From: Candidatus Actinomarina sp.
Lineage (GTDB): Bacteria; Actinomycetota; Acidimicrobiia; Actinomarinales; Actinomarinaceae
Assembly (NCBI GenBank): GCA_045563135.1
Contig: JBJKUL010000001.1
Coordinates: 14,244 to 78,243 of the forward strand
Length of the DNA stretch: 64,000 nucleotides
Reading direction: 5' to 3'
Position numbers and translations under genes: made by a program. Below the pieces are notes generated by a model, which was not told the origin of the DNA, did not search any database, and was given only the letters and a program-made list of their open reading frames with translations. Numbering within the stretch: the first letter of the stretch is position 1; every line of letters starts with the position of its first letter. This document shows, piece after piece, positions 10,288 to 19,732 of this stretch.

Positions 10288-10422
10288 TTACGCAGAAATT
10301 ATTTTGCGTCCCTTACTTCTTCTCCTTTTAAGGATTTGTCTTCCAGCTCTGGTGCGCATTCTTAATCTAAAACCGTGTTTTCTGCTTCTTTTTCTATTAC
10401 TAGGTTGATAAGTTCTTTTCAT
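10288..10422 (-). CDS. rpmH: 50S ribosomal protein L34
   Basis: Hand translation [44 protein letters not shown]; below the ORF-track cutoff. Confidence 0.98.
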   Translation of the reverse strand: MKRTYQPSNRKRSRKHGFRLRMRTRAGRQILKRRRSKGRKIISA

Positions 10423-10696
10423 TTTTTTCCTGTTTAATCACAATAAATCAATAAATTATTTAAACAAACTAAATATAATTTTTTATTTTATAGTTCGCGA
10501 AATCTAAATTATCCTCGCGAAAACATAACTAACTAAGATTCGAAATCTATTTTAAATACATCTTTACCTCCTTAAAGTTTGATATAAAAGTCAATAAAAC
10601 TAGTGCTTTTTTCGTAATGTAAAAATATTCATAATATTAAGTTTGATTTTCACACTCTATGAAAACTTTTACTTCTTTATTAATTTTATATAAGAC

Positions 10697-12007
10697 ATGA
10701 ACGATACTTTACAAATATTTAAAGAGAACATTTTTGAAAAAGAGTTATCTAAGACTGAAACATACTGGATAGATCAAATCGAATTTAAAATTGAAGACCA
10801 TGATTTAATTATTTGTGTTAATTCTGAATTTGTTAAGTCTTCTATTGAAAAGAAGGTGTTTCAAAAAATTTTAGACGTTGTTAATAAAACTTCTGAACTA
10901 AATGATTGTGTTTTTGTTCTAGATCCTAATAAAAAATCGATAGACTCTTTTACTCCGGAAAATACTGAGCACAAAGAAGAAGAAATAAACATCAGTGATG
11001 AAAAAGACTCCGTATTAGAAGTTGATATGTCGGTTTTTGATAACCTCTTGGTTGGTAGTTCTAATAATCTAGCAGTTACTGCGGCTAAAAACGTGGTTCA
11101 AAACCCTGGTACAAGGTTTAATCCTCTTTTTATTCACGGAGAGCCAGGTGTTGGAAAAACGCATTTGTTAAAAACTATGGAAGAATCATCAAGGTCATCT
11201 TATTATATAGATTCTGAGTCTTTTTTAGAGTCTTATGTTTCTGGAATTAAAAACCAGAGTATTGATTTGTTTAAAAATAAAATAAGATCTGTTGATATTT
11301 TACTAATTGATGACATTCAGTTTTTTATGGGTAAAAAGGGAGTATCTGAAGAACTTTTTCACACAATTAATTATTTTCTAAACAACAACAAAGCTGTTGT
11401 ACTGGTTTCCGACCAAAAACCTCAAAATCTTCTTGGTTTTCCCGAGAGGCTTATTTCTAGAATTCTTAATGGTTTAGTTACAGATATAGAAAAACCTGAT
11501 AAATCTATGTTTAAAGATTTTTTAACTAGTGTTAACAAACAAAACGAAGAAAACCTACTTACAGATTCGAATATACAGGATTTAACTAGTGTTGATGTTT
11601 CTAGTTTTAGAGATATAAACGGGATTATAAACAGTTTGATTATAAACAAACAAACTGGTGTTAGTAACTCAGAATATATATCCAGTTTGGTTAAATCATC
11701 ATCAGGAAAACAGTTAATGGAGTTAACACCTGAATATCTTTTTGAATATGTATCAAACCTTCATCAAGTTGATAAAAAACTCATTTCATCAAAAAACAGA
11801 AGTTTAGAGGTAGGTGTTGCGAGACATTTGTTGGTTGCTTTGTTGCGTAAACACACAGATCTTTCTTTGACACAGATTGGAATTTATTTAGGTAACCGTT
11901 CTCACTCGACTGTTTTGTCTTATTTAAACAAAGCAAAAAACTCACCGGTTGTGTTGAAAGAAATAAACAGTTTCGACAATAAGTTGAACATGGTAGAAGC
12001 TTCTTAG
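10697..12007 (+). CDS. dnaA: Replication initiator DnaA (divergent)
   Basis: FNPLFIHG, Walker A GVGKTHL, LLIDDIQF, and domain IV RS...ARH...SLTQIG. Confidence 0.95.
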   Translation: MNDTLQIFKENIFEKELSKTETYWIDQIEFKIEDHDLIICVNSEFVKSSIEKKVFQKILDVVNKTSELNDCVFVLDPNKKSIDSFTPENTEHKEEEINISDEKDSVLEVDMSVFDNLLVGSSNNLAVTAAKNVVQNPGTRFNPLFIHGEPGVGKTHLLKTMEESSRSSYYIDSESFLESYVSGIKNQSIDLFKNKIRSVDILLIDDIQFFMGKKGVSEELFHTINYFLNNNKAVVLVSDQKPQNLLGFPERLISRILNGLVTDIEKPDKSMFKDFLTSVNKQNEENLLTDSNIQDLTSVDVSSFRDINGIINSLIINKQTGVSNSEYISSLVKSSSGKQLMELTPEYLFEYVSNLHQVDKKLISSKNRSLEVGVARHLLVALLRKHTDLSLTQIGIYLGNRSHSTVLSYLNKAKNSPVVLKEINSFDNKLNMVEAS

Positions 12008-12120
12008 TTTTGTTGTCTGTTATGTTTGTTATGTTGAACACTAAAAACAAGGTTTTGTGGGCTTTGAAGAGTTTTTTCAACATGTCCGACGGCTTTATTA
12101 TTATTAAATATATATAGGAG
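12008..12120. other. Probable oriC unwinding region
   Basis: In the dnaA-dnaN gap: box-like TTTTCAACA (12074-12082), TGTCCGAC, GGC, trio-like TAT-TAT-TAT-TAA (12096-12107), then ATATATAT. The dominant gene orientation diverges near here. Confidence 0.7.
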
Positions 12121-12124
12121 TAAA

Positions 12125-13240
12125 TTGAAGTTCAAAATAAAAACAGAAGATTTAAAAAACATTGTTTCAACAGTGTCAAGAATAGTTGACCCAAGGCCGG
12201 CATCCCCTTCACTGCAAGGACTATATTTTAAAACAACAAGAGAAAACATAGAGATTACAGGTTCTGATCTCGACATTGTTATTAAAGCAAAGGCCGGAGC
12301 AGAGGTTGAAGTTGACGGAGAAGCTCTCATAAACGCTAGGGTTCTATCTGATATGGTTAGAAAACTACCAAGAGGAGAAGTGGTTTTCTCAGACATTGGA
12401 AGCGAACTAAGGGTAGAGCAGAATAAACTAAATTTTACCTTAAGAAAACTAGATGAAAAAACCTATCCAGAAACCTTACTTGAAACAAATTATGAGAACG
12501 AGAAAAGTCTTGAAATAGACCCTAACGAACTTTTTGAATCTTTAAAAAAAGTAGGGATAGCGGCCTCACCAGAAGGAGGAAGACCTATATTAACTGGTGT
12601 TTATTTCAACAACGAAAACGATAAAACCGAATTAGCAGCTACAGACAGTTACAGACTTGCAACACACGACCTAACAAACTTCCCAATAAAAGATGCAGGT
12701 ATTTTATCATTTAGATCTCTAAATGAAACAGCAAAAATTTTCGAACAAACTGAAGGAACTATATATATAAACTCAACTGAAAGAGAGCTTCATTTTTACA
12801 ACGATAAGTTTTCGGCATCTATAAGAAAACTTGAAGGAAGTTTTCCAGAATATGGAAATCTTTTTCCCAAAGAAACAATTTTTTCTATTGAGGTAAACAA
12901 AAGCGAAATACTTGAAACACTAGACCGAGCAACGGTTGTGGCAGAAGGTTTCATACCCGTAAAACTTGAAGTCGCCGACACAGAAACCTTAAAAATAACA
13001 ACAATAAATAAGGACATTGGTGGTGGTACTGAAGAGGTTTCAATAAAAACATTGGGTTTAGAAGTAGGTGACGTTAGTGGTTTTACAATGTCTTTCAACC
13101 CCAACTATTTAATTCAAGGAATTGAAGTTTTAGACGGGAACACTGTATATATGAGGTTTTCAGGAAACGAGAAACCGGTTGTCATTCAAGGAGAACATGA
13201 GACATTTAGGTATTTATTAATGCCTGTTAGACCAAGTTAA
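12125..13240 (+). CDS. dnaN: DNA polymerase III beta clamp
   Basis: RPILTGV, ATDSYRL, FNPNYL and YLLMPVR motifs; GGAG RBS before a TTG start. Confidence 0.97.
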   Translation: MKFKIKTEDLKNIVSTVSRIVDPRPASPSLQGLYFKTTRENIEITGSDLDIVIKAKAGAEVEVDGEALINARVLSDMVRKLPRGEVVFSDIGSELRVEQNKLNFTLRKLDEKTYPETLLETNYENEKSLEIDPNELFESLKKVGIAASPEGGRPILTGVYFNNENDKTELAATDSYRLATHDLTNFPIKDAGILSFRSLNETAKIFEQTEGTIYINSTERELHFYNDKFSASIRKLEGSFPEYGNLFPKETIFSIEVNKSEILETLDRATVVAEGFIPVKLEVADTETLKITTINKDIGGGTEEVSIKTLGLEVGDVSGFTMSFNPNYLIQGIEVLDGNTVYMRFSGNEKPVVIQGEHETFRYLLMPVRPS

Positions 13241-13527
13241 TGGAGTCAACTGAACCAACTAAAATAAATGCTGAAAGAAACAACCTTGGTATCAGTTTTG
13301 AAAAATCAAAAAAAATAGAAAACTATTTTAATAAAAATAAATACACGTGGTCAAAAGAAATTTCCTTAGGGCCTGTTTTAAACAACAAAGCGATCATCTA
13401 TACAAAATCAAAAAGAGTAAAAGATATTGTTCAATTTGAAGAGCAAAAAATACTTATAGACATTGAGAAAAAGCTAAATATTAAACTACTTTCTATCGAT
13501 GTTCAAATCTTGAATAACACACAATAA
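13240..13527 (+). CDS. Probable DciA/DUF721-like helicase loader (highly diverged)
   Basis: Occupies the DUF721 position before gyrB; beta-alpha-beta pattern AIIYTKS...EQKILIDIEKKL...SIDVQI. Confidence 0.5.
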   Translation: MESTEPTKINAERNNLGISFEKSKKIENYFNKNKYTWSKEISLGPVLNNKAIIYTKSKRVKDIVQFEEQKILIDIEKKLNIKLLSIDVQILNNTQ

Positions 13528-13604
13528 TTGTCTATTTCTACTAAAATGGGAGTTCAGCAAGGGGCTGTACACAAAAAAATATAGAAACGTTTCTTAGGAG
13601 ATCT

Positions 13605-15527
13605 GTGCCAAAAAAAGACTCAAACACCTATGATTCTAAAGATATAAAAATTCTTGAGGGTCTTGAAGCTGTTCGTAAAAGACCAGCTATGTATATCGGT
13701 TCAACTGGGCCAATAGGATTACACCACCTTATATGGGAGGTTGTTGATAACTCTGTTGATGAAGCTATGGCTGGAAGGTGTACATCAATTGAGATTCAGT
13801 TAGAAAAAAACGGATCAGTAACTGTTGCTGATAACGGGAGTGGAATTCCTGTTAAGCCACACCCAAAAACAAAGGTTTCAGCTTTAACTACAGTCCTCAC
13901 AACGTTACACGCTGGTGGAAAATTTGAATCAGGAGCATATACAGTCAGTGGAGGTTTACACGGAGTTGGAATATCGGTTGTTAATGCACTCTCTACTTTC
14001 GTAAAAGTTGAAGTACAAAGAGATGGTCATGTTTGGAATCAAAATTTTGATTATGGTAAACCAACTTCAAAAATTAAAAAAGGCAAAGCATCAAAAAAAA
14101 CCGGAACAAAAGTAAATTTTCTACCGGATCCAGAAATTTTTACTGAAACCCAAGCCTTTGAGTACAACATAGTTTCAGAAAGAGTTAGACAAACAGCCTT
14201 CTTAAACAAAGGATTAAAAATAATTCTTAAAGATAACAGAGTAAAACCTGCAACAAAAGAAGAATTTCTATATAAAGGTGGACTTGTTGATTTTGTCGAT
14301 TATTTAAACGATGGTCACGAAGTCTTGCATGAAAAAATCATCTCTTTCTCAGACAAAGCAAAAGATTCAGAAATAGAAGTTGCAATGCAGTGGAAGGCTG
14401 AAGACGAAGTAACAATTAAAAGTTTTGCAAACAACATCCACACCCTAGAAGGTGGAACACACGAAGAAGGACTCAGAACAGCGGTTACCAAAGCAATCAA
14501 TGATTTTGCAAAATCTAGAAACCTACATTCTGATATTTCACTAACTGGAGATGATATTAGAGAGGGTTTAACAGGTGTAATTTCTGTAAGAGTTCAAGAA
14601 CCTCAATTTGAAGGTCAAACAAAGACTAAATTGGGAAATACTGAGATGAAATCCAAGGTTCAAGTATTAGTCAACCAAGAATTTCCAAAATGGCTTTCTA
14701 AAAATACAAAAGAAGGTAGAGCAATTGTAGAAAGATGTGCTTTGGCAGCTAAGGCAAGAATGAGTGCAAAAAAAGCTAGAGAGCTAACCAAAAGAAAAAG
14801 TATTCTAGAGACAGCTGGGCTTCCAGGTAAACTCGCAGACTGTTCATCAAAAGATCCCTCAGAAAGTGAATTATTCATAGTAGAGGGAGACTCCGCAGCA
14901 GGTCCGGCTAAACAGGCTCGTGAATCTAGAACACAAGCAATCCTGCCAATTCGTGGAAAAATTATTAATGTCCAAAAAGTAACAGAAAACAGAGCGCTTC
15001 AAAATGAAGAAATAAGTTCCCTCATTAAAGCAATTGGTACTGGAATAAAAGCAGAGTACAAAGGAGACGAATCTAGGTACGATAAAATAATTTTTCTCAC
15101 GGATGCAGATGTTGATGGTGCACACATTAGAACACTCCTCCTTACCTTCTTTTTTAAATTTATGCCTGGATTAATTAAAGAAGGAAAAGTGTGGATTGCC
15201 GAACCGCCACTTTATAGAGCCAAATCTACAGGTGGAGTAAATTACCTTAAAGATGATGAGGCACTTGAGCAATTTAAAAAAGACAACAAATCAAAGAAAT
15301 TCGATATCTCTAGATTTAAAGGTCTTGGTGAAATGAACGCAGGGGAGCTTTGGGACACAGCAATGAATCCAGAATCTAGAACACTTATAAAAGTTAATAT
15401 TGCTGACGGTAAGGCCGCAGAAGCTAAAGCGGCGGATATGTTTGAAATCTTAATGGGAAGTGATGTTTCAAGAAGAAAAACATTTATAGAACAAAATGCA
15501 AAGGATGTGAGGTTTCTAGACGTCTAA
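13605..15527 (+). CDS. gyrB: DNA gyrase subunit B
   Basis: EVVDNSVDE, GGLHGVG, EGDSA, DADVDG and RFKGLGEM motifs. Confidence 0.97.
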   Translation: MPKKDSNTYDSKDIKILEGLEAVRKRPAMYIGSTGPIGLHHLIWEVVDNSVDEAMAGRCTSIEIQLEKNGSVTVADNGSGIPVKPHPKTKVSALTTVLTTLHAGGKFESGAYTVSGGLHGVGISVVNALSTFVKVEVQRDGHVWNQNFDYGKPTSKIKKGKASKKTGTKVNFLPDPEIFTETQAFEYNIVSERVRQTAFLNKGLKIILKDNRVKPATKEEFLYKGGLVDFVDYLNDGHEVLHEKIISFSDKAKDSEIEVAMQWKAEDEVTIKSFANNIHTLEGGTHEEGLRTAVTKAINDFAKSRNLHSDISLTGDDIREGLTGVISVRVQEPQFEGQTKTKLGNTEMKSKVQVLVNQEFPKWLSKNTKEGRAIVERCALAAKARMSAKKARELTKRKSILETAGLPGKLADCSSKDPSESELFIVEGDSAAGPAKQARESRTQAILPIRGKIINVQKVTENRALQNEEISSLIKAIGTGIKAEYKGDESRYDKIIFLTDADVDGAHIRTLLLTFFFKFMPGLIKEGKVWIAEPPLYRAKSTGGVNYLKDDEALEQFKKDNKSKKFDISRFKGLGEMNAGELWDTAMNPESRTLIKVNIADGKAAEAKAADMFEILMGSDVSRRKTFIEQNAKDVRFLDV

Positions 15528-18082
15528 TGGTAGATAAAAAACCAAAACCAAAAAAACCTGCTGCAAAAAAACCTGCTGCAAAAAAACCTGCTGCAAAAAA
15601 ACCTGCTGCAAAAAAACCTGCTGCAAAAAAACCTGCTGCAAAAAAACCTGCAGAATCCAAACAAGTTGTAACAAAAGATACAAATAACGACATGTCAATA
15701 CAAGTTGAGGATGAGATTTCAAAATCGTTTCTTGATTACGCAATGTCTGTCATTGTCTCAAGAGCTTTACCTGATGTTAAAGATGGTTTGAAACCAGTTC
15801 AAAGACGTATCTTATATTCAATGTATGAAACCGGCATAAGACCAACAGGCCCATTTAGGAAGTGCTCTAAGGTTGTTGGTGATGTAATGGGTAATTATCA
15901 CCCACATGGTAACGATGCAATTTATGGAACACTAGTCAGACTAGGTCAACACTTCAGTACAAGATATCCACTAATTGAGCCTCAAGGTAACTTCGGAACA
16001 CCAGACGACCCTCCTGCTGCCATGAGGTACACAGAGTCGAGAATGTCACAACTATCCTCACAACTATTGGACGGTATAGATGAAGATACTGTTAATTTTG
16101 AGCCCAACTACTCAGGAGAGAGTTCTGAACCAAAAGTATTACCAGGAAGGTTTCCAAATCTCTTAATTAACGGAGCTGAGGGAATCGCTGTAGCTATGGC
16201 AACAAATATGCCGCCTTATAACTTAAGAGAAGTAACTGAAGCAGTTAAATTTACTTTAAATAATAAAAATCCAAAACCATCAGATTATTTAAAAATCATT
16301 AAAGCACCTGATTTTCCAACAGGAGGTCTTGTTGTAGACACTCCAACAATTAAGGATGCAATTTTAAAAGGAAGAGGGTCTATAAAACTTAGAGCTGTTG
16401 CTGACGTAGAGGAACTTGGCAAAGGAAAATCTGCAATTATCGTCAAAGAACTTCCTTATCAAGCTTCAATAGATAGGATCATGGAAAAAATTGCTTCATT
16501 GGTTCAAGATAAAAAATTAGCAGGTGTCTCCGACCTAAGAAATGAAAGTAGTGATAGAAATGGTACAAGACTAGTAATTGAGTTAAAAAGAGACGCTGTA
16601 CCACAAGTTGTTTTAAATCAACTTTTTAAACAAACACAACTTCAAGACACTTTTGCTGTCAATTCAGTTGCTTTAGTTGACGGTGTTCCAAAAGTTCTTT
16701 CAGTGCCACAACTCATTAACTATTACATCGATCACCAAATTGATGTAATACAAAGAAGGACTCAATATAGGCTCAACAAAGCAGAAGCAAGACTTCATAT
16801 TGTTGAAGGCTTGATTTTAGCTCTAGATAAAATAGATCAAATCATAAAGGTAATTAGAGCTTCAAAAGATGTTGAAACAGCAAGAACTTCTTTGATGAAA
16901 AAATTTAAACTTTCAGAAATACAAGCTTCACATATTCTTGACATGCCACTGCGAAGACTTACTGCGCTAGAAAGAGAAAAACTAGAAGAGGAAAAAAACG
17001 AACTTAAAAAAACAATTAAGGAACTTGCCGCGATTCTAAAAAGTAGAAAAAAACAAGATGACATACTTGTAGAAGAGCTTGAAGAGATTACAAATAAGTT
17101 TGGAGATGAAAGAAGATCTCGCATAGTTCCCGACGTTGGAGAGGTTTCAATTGAAGATTTAATCGAAGATGAAGAAATAATTGTCTCAGTATCATCAAAA
17201 GGATATGTGAAATCAGTCCCTTCTACATCTTATAAAAAACAAGGTAGAGGAGGAAAAGGAGTCAAAGCAGCATCTTCAGATGAAGACGTCATCGAACACT
17301 TACTATCAACCTCTGTCCATGCTTACTTATTATTTTTTACAGATCAAGGAAAAGTTTATAGAGCTAAAGCTCACGAACTACCAAAAACCACAAGAACAGC
17401 ACAAGGCTCATTGATTCATAATGTACTCTCAATGTCCCAAGATGAAAAGGTACAAGCAATAATTGATACTAGAGACTACGAGACAGAAAAATTCCTATTA
17501 ATTATGACAGAAAAAGGAACTGTTAAAAAATCTGCTTTCAAAGACTTTGATTCTAATTATAAATCCTTACAAGCAATCAAACTCAAAGACGACGATAGAG
17601 TTGTATCGGTGAAAACAACTTCTGGCAAAGAAGACGTAATATTGGTTTCTAAAAAAGGACAAGCAATCCGTTTTGATGAAAATAATCTTAAACCACAAGG
17701 AAGAACAGCAATGGGTGTTCGAGGAATTAAATTACGTGAAGGGGATGAGGTAGTAGGTGCCGCGACCTCAAGAGATGAAACACTATTGTTTATTACAGCA
17801 AAAGGATACGGTAAGAGAACAAACCTTGACGAGTTCAGAAAAGCTGGACGTGGAGGCATGGGTGTAAAAGCTCTGAAGGTAACAGAAGTTAAAGGAGATT
17901 TAATTGGTGCTCGTTCTGTAGATGAAGATACAGAGGTTATGCTTATGAGTACTGGTGGAACTGCAATAAGATGTGCAGTAAAGCAAATAAAAAAAATGAG
18001 TAGAGCTGCGCAAGGAGTCAAAGTTATGAAACTTTCTAAAGAAGAGGAAATTTCTGCTTTTATTCCAATAAAAAGTGATTAA
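15527..18082 (+). CDS. gyrA: DNA gyrase subunit A with N-terminal KKPAA repeat
   Basis: DGLKPVQRR, YHPHG, AAMRYTE (catalytic Tyr) and GyrA-box QGRGGKG. Confidence 0.97.
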   Translation: MVDKKPKPKKPAAKKPAAKKPAAKKPAAKKPAAKKPAAKKPAESKQVVTKDTNNDMSIQVEDEISKSFLDYAMSVIVSRALPDVKDGLKPVQRRILYSMYETGIRPTGPFRKCSKVVGDVMGNYHPHGNDAIYGTLVRLGQHFSTRYPLIEPQGNFGTPDDPPAAMRYTESRMSQLSSQLLDGIDEDTVNFEPNYSGESSEPKVLPGRFPNLLINGAEGIAVAMATNMPPYNLREVTEAVKFTLNNKNPKPSDYLKIIKAPDFPTGGLVVDTPTIKDAILKGRGSIKLRAVADVEELGKGKSAIIVKELPYQASIDRIMEKIASLVQDKKLAGVSDLRNESSDRNGTRLVIELKRDAVPQVVLNQLFKQTQLQDTFAVNSVALVDGVPKVLSVPQLINYYIDHQIDVIQRRTQYRLNKAEARLHIVEGLILALDKIDQIIKVIRASKDVETARTSLMKKFKLSEIQASHILDMPLRRLTALEREKLEEEKNELKKTIKELAAILKSRKKQDDILVEELEEITNKFGDERRSRIVPDVGEVSIEDLIEDEEIIVSVSSKGYVKSVPSTSYKKQGRGGKGVKAASSDEDVIEHLLSTSVHAYLLFFTDQGKVYRAKAHELPKTTRTAQGSLIHNVLSMSQDEKVQAIIDTRDYETEKFLLIMTEKGTVKKSAFKDFDSNYKSLQAIKLKDDDRVVSVKTTSGKEDVILVSKKGQAIRFDENNLKPQGRTAMGVRGIKLREGDEVVGAATSRDETLLFITAKGYGKRTNLDEFRKAGRGGMGVKALKVTEVKGDLIGARSVDEDTEVMLMSTGGTAIRCAVKQIKKMSRAAQGVKVMKLSKEEEISAFIPIKSD
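15551..15652 (+). repeat. 15-bp tandem repeat (AAAAAACCTGCTGCA)x6 plus a partial copy
   Basis: Read directly; encodes (KKPAA)6-KKPA. Confidence 0.98.
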
Positions 18083-18084
18083 AA

Positions 18085-18579
18085 ATGGTAAAAGTAAACA
18101 GAGTTAGAAGAATAATTAGAAAGATCGATCCTTGGACTGTCTTGAAGGTAACTTTCGTCTTAAATTTTATAATTGCATTAACCATTGTGCTGGGCTTTTC
18201 AATCCTCTGGGTGCTTTTAGTTAACGCAGGGGTTCCTCAAGGACTAGAAGAGATAGCTAGAAGATTAGCCTTACTTGATGCGGACGCATCTCTCGTTGGT
18301 AACGTAGAGCCATTATTTACCTCAGTAGTATTCTTGGCTACCGTTTATTTATTAACTCAAACAGCTTTAGCAACAATAGGTGCATTTTTTTACAATCTCG
18401 TTTCTGACCTAGTGGGTGGAGTAGAAGTAGTTGTTTTAGAAGAGACATATAGTGATCCACAAATTCAAAACACTGAAAGTAAAACAGAAAAGACTTCTTC
18501 AAAGAATAAAGAAACAATGTTGATGACCTTTTCTAATACGATAAAGAATTTACAAAATGAAGAAGACGAGAACGAATAA
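18085..18579 (+). CDS. DUF3566 membrane protein
   Basis: IRKIDPWTVLKV...FFYNLVSDLVGGVEVV; typical gene after gyrA in Actinobacteria. Confidence 0.9.
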   Translation: MVKVNRVRRIIRKIDPWTVLKVTFVLNFIIALTIVLGFSILWVLLVNAGVPQGLEEIARRLALLDADASLVGNVEPLFTSVVFLATVYLLTQTALATIGAFFYNLVSDLVGGVEVVVLEETYSDPQIQNTESKTEKTSSKNKETMLMTFSNTIKNLQNEEDENE

Positions 18580-18602
18580 CTTGCTAAACTCTTTTTAACA
18601 AA

Positions 18603-18750
18603 TAAAGCATAAAGCGAAGTTAGTGAAAACCTAACACTGTCCCGCAACTGTGATTCGAAAGATAAGTCAGGTCGCCTTTTTGCTTAATTAAAAACAACAA
18701 TCCTCGAGTGAAGGAATGGAGTATCAATCCTTTCTCGTGGTAAGAAAGGA
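18603..18750 (+). ncRNA. Compact cobalamin riboswitch with SD-sequestering platform
   Basis: GAAG-TTAG-TGAAAAC-CTAA-CACTGTCCCGCAACTGTGA...AAGTCAGGTCGCC, closed by AAGCA/TGCTT. A downstream TCCTTTCT/AGAAAGGA hairpin covers the RBS of a BtuF-like gene. Confidence 0.88.
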
Positions 18751-18754
18751 ACTT

Positions 18755-19723
18755 ATGAAATATAAAATACTAATTCTTGCCGCGTTGATAACAATGTGCA
18801 CAAATTCAACAGAATCTAGCACAGAACAAAGAGTTGTCTCATTATCAACTACGCATACTGAAATTATCCAAACACTTGGAGGTGAAAACCTTCTAGTTGG
18901 AATAGATTCATTCTCAGAATCAGAACTTCCTATTGAAAAAATAGATGCATTCACCGTTACTGCAGATGAATTAGTTAATTTGAATCCAGATTTAGTAATT
19001 GTGGCTTTTGACTTTAATGGGATCATAGATGGACTAGAAGCTTTAAATTTAAATTACGTTTTACTGCCACCAGCTAGGAATTTTGATGAGGTTTACACGC
19101 AAATTATGGAAATCGGAAATTTAATAAATAAATCTGAAGAATCTATTGATCTTGTTTCTGAAATGGAAAACGATGTTGCCGAGATTATTGAGAATTTTTC
19201 TGCTCAAAATGTAAAAGTCTTTCATGAAATTGGATACACCTATGGAATATACACTGTTAATGAAAACTCATTTATTGGAGAAATTTATAATCTTCTAGGA
19301 GTAGATAATATAGCTAACTTTAAGGAAGACCCATTTGGAAGTGGGTATCCAGAATTTTCTGAAGAAGAAATATTAATGGCCAATCCTAATTTAATTATTG
19401 TTGGTCATTCTGATTATTTAAACAAAGATCTTTCAACAAGAGTTGGTTGGGAAGAAATTACTGCAATACAAAGTGGAAATCTCTTTTTTCTTGATGAAAA
19501 CCTTGCAAACAACTGGGGAACAAACACAGTTGATTTACTAAATACTCTTTCAGAAGTTACTCAGTCACAAGAGGACCCTGGAGTAGTATATTCAAATCAA
19601 TATTCTGATGAAATACAAAATTCTTCAGTCTTTCAAAATAATATACTTTATCTAGTACTGTTTATCTTGATAGGTTTAATTTCTTACTCAAGAACCAGAA
19701 CCAAGCAAAAAGAAAAAGTTTAA
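18755..19723 (+). CDS. Cobalamin/siderophore-type substrate-binding lipoprotein (BtuF-like) with C-terminal TM segment
   Basis: RVVSLS...TEI...LVGID, LNPDLVI and NPNLII motifs; lipoprotein signal MKYKILILAALITMC; follows the B12 riboswitch. Confidence 0.85.
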   Translation: MKYKILILAALITMCTNSTESSTEQRVVSLSTTHTEIIQTLGGENLLVGIDSFSESELPIEKIDAFTVTADELVNLNPDLVIVAFDFNGIIDGLEALNLNYVLLPPARNFDEVYTQIMEIGNLINKSEESIDLVSEMENDVAEIIENFSAQNVKVFHEIGYTYGIYTVNENSFIGEIYNLLGVDNIANFKEDPFGSGYPEFSEEEILMANPNLIIVGHSDYLNKDLSTRVGWEEITAIQSGNLFFLDENLANNWGTNTVDLLNTLSEVTQSQEDPGVVYSNQYSDEIQNSSVFQNNILYLVLFILIGLISYSRTRTKQKEKV

Positions 19724-19732
19724 GGAGAGAAA

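Noticed and set aside
10423-10696. TCGCGAAA twice and short palindromes upstream of dnaA as DnaA boxes
   Set aside because: No match to the DnaA-box consensus and too short to interpret without comparative data.
15551-15652. Repeat array as a CRISPR
   Set aside because: No spacers, in-frame coding, and no cas genes.
15484-15743. Minus-strand ORFs with AAGFF and LQQVF repeats
   Set aside because: Antisense shadows of the gyrA 15-bp repeat.
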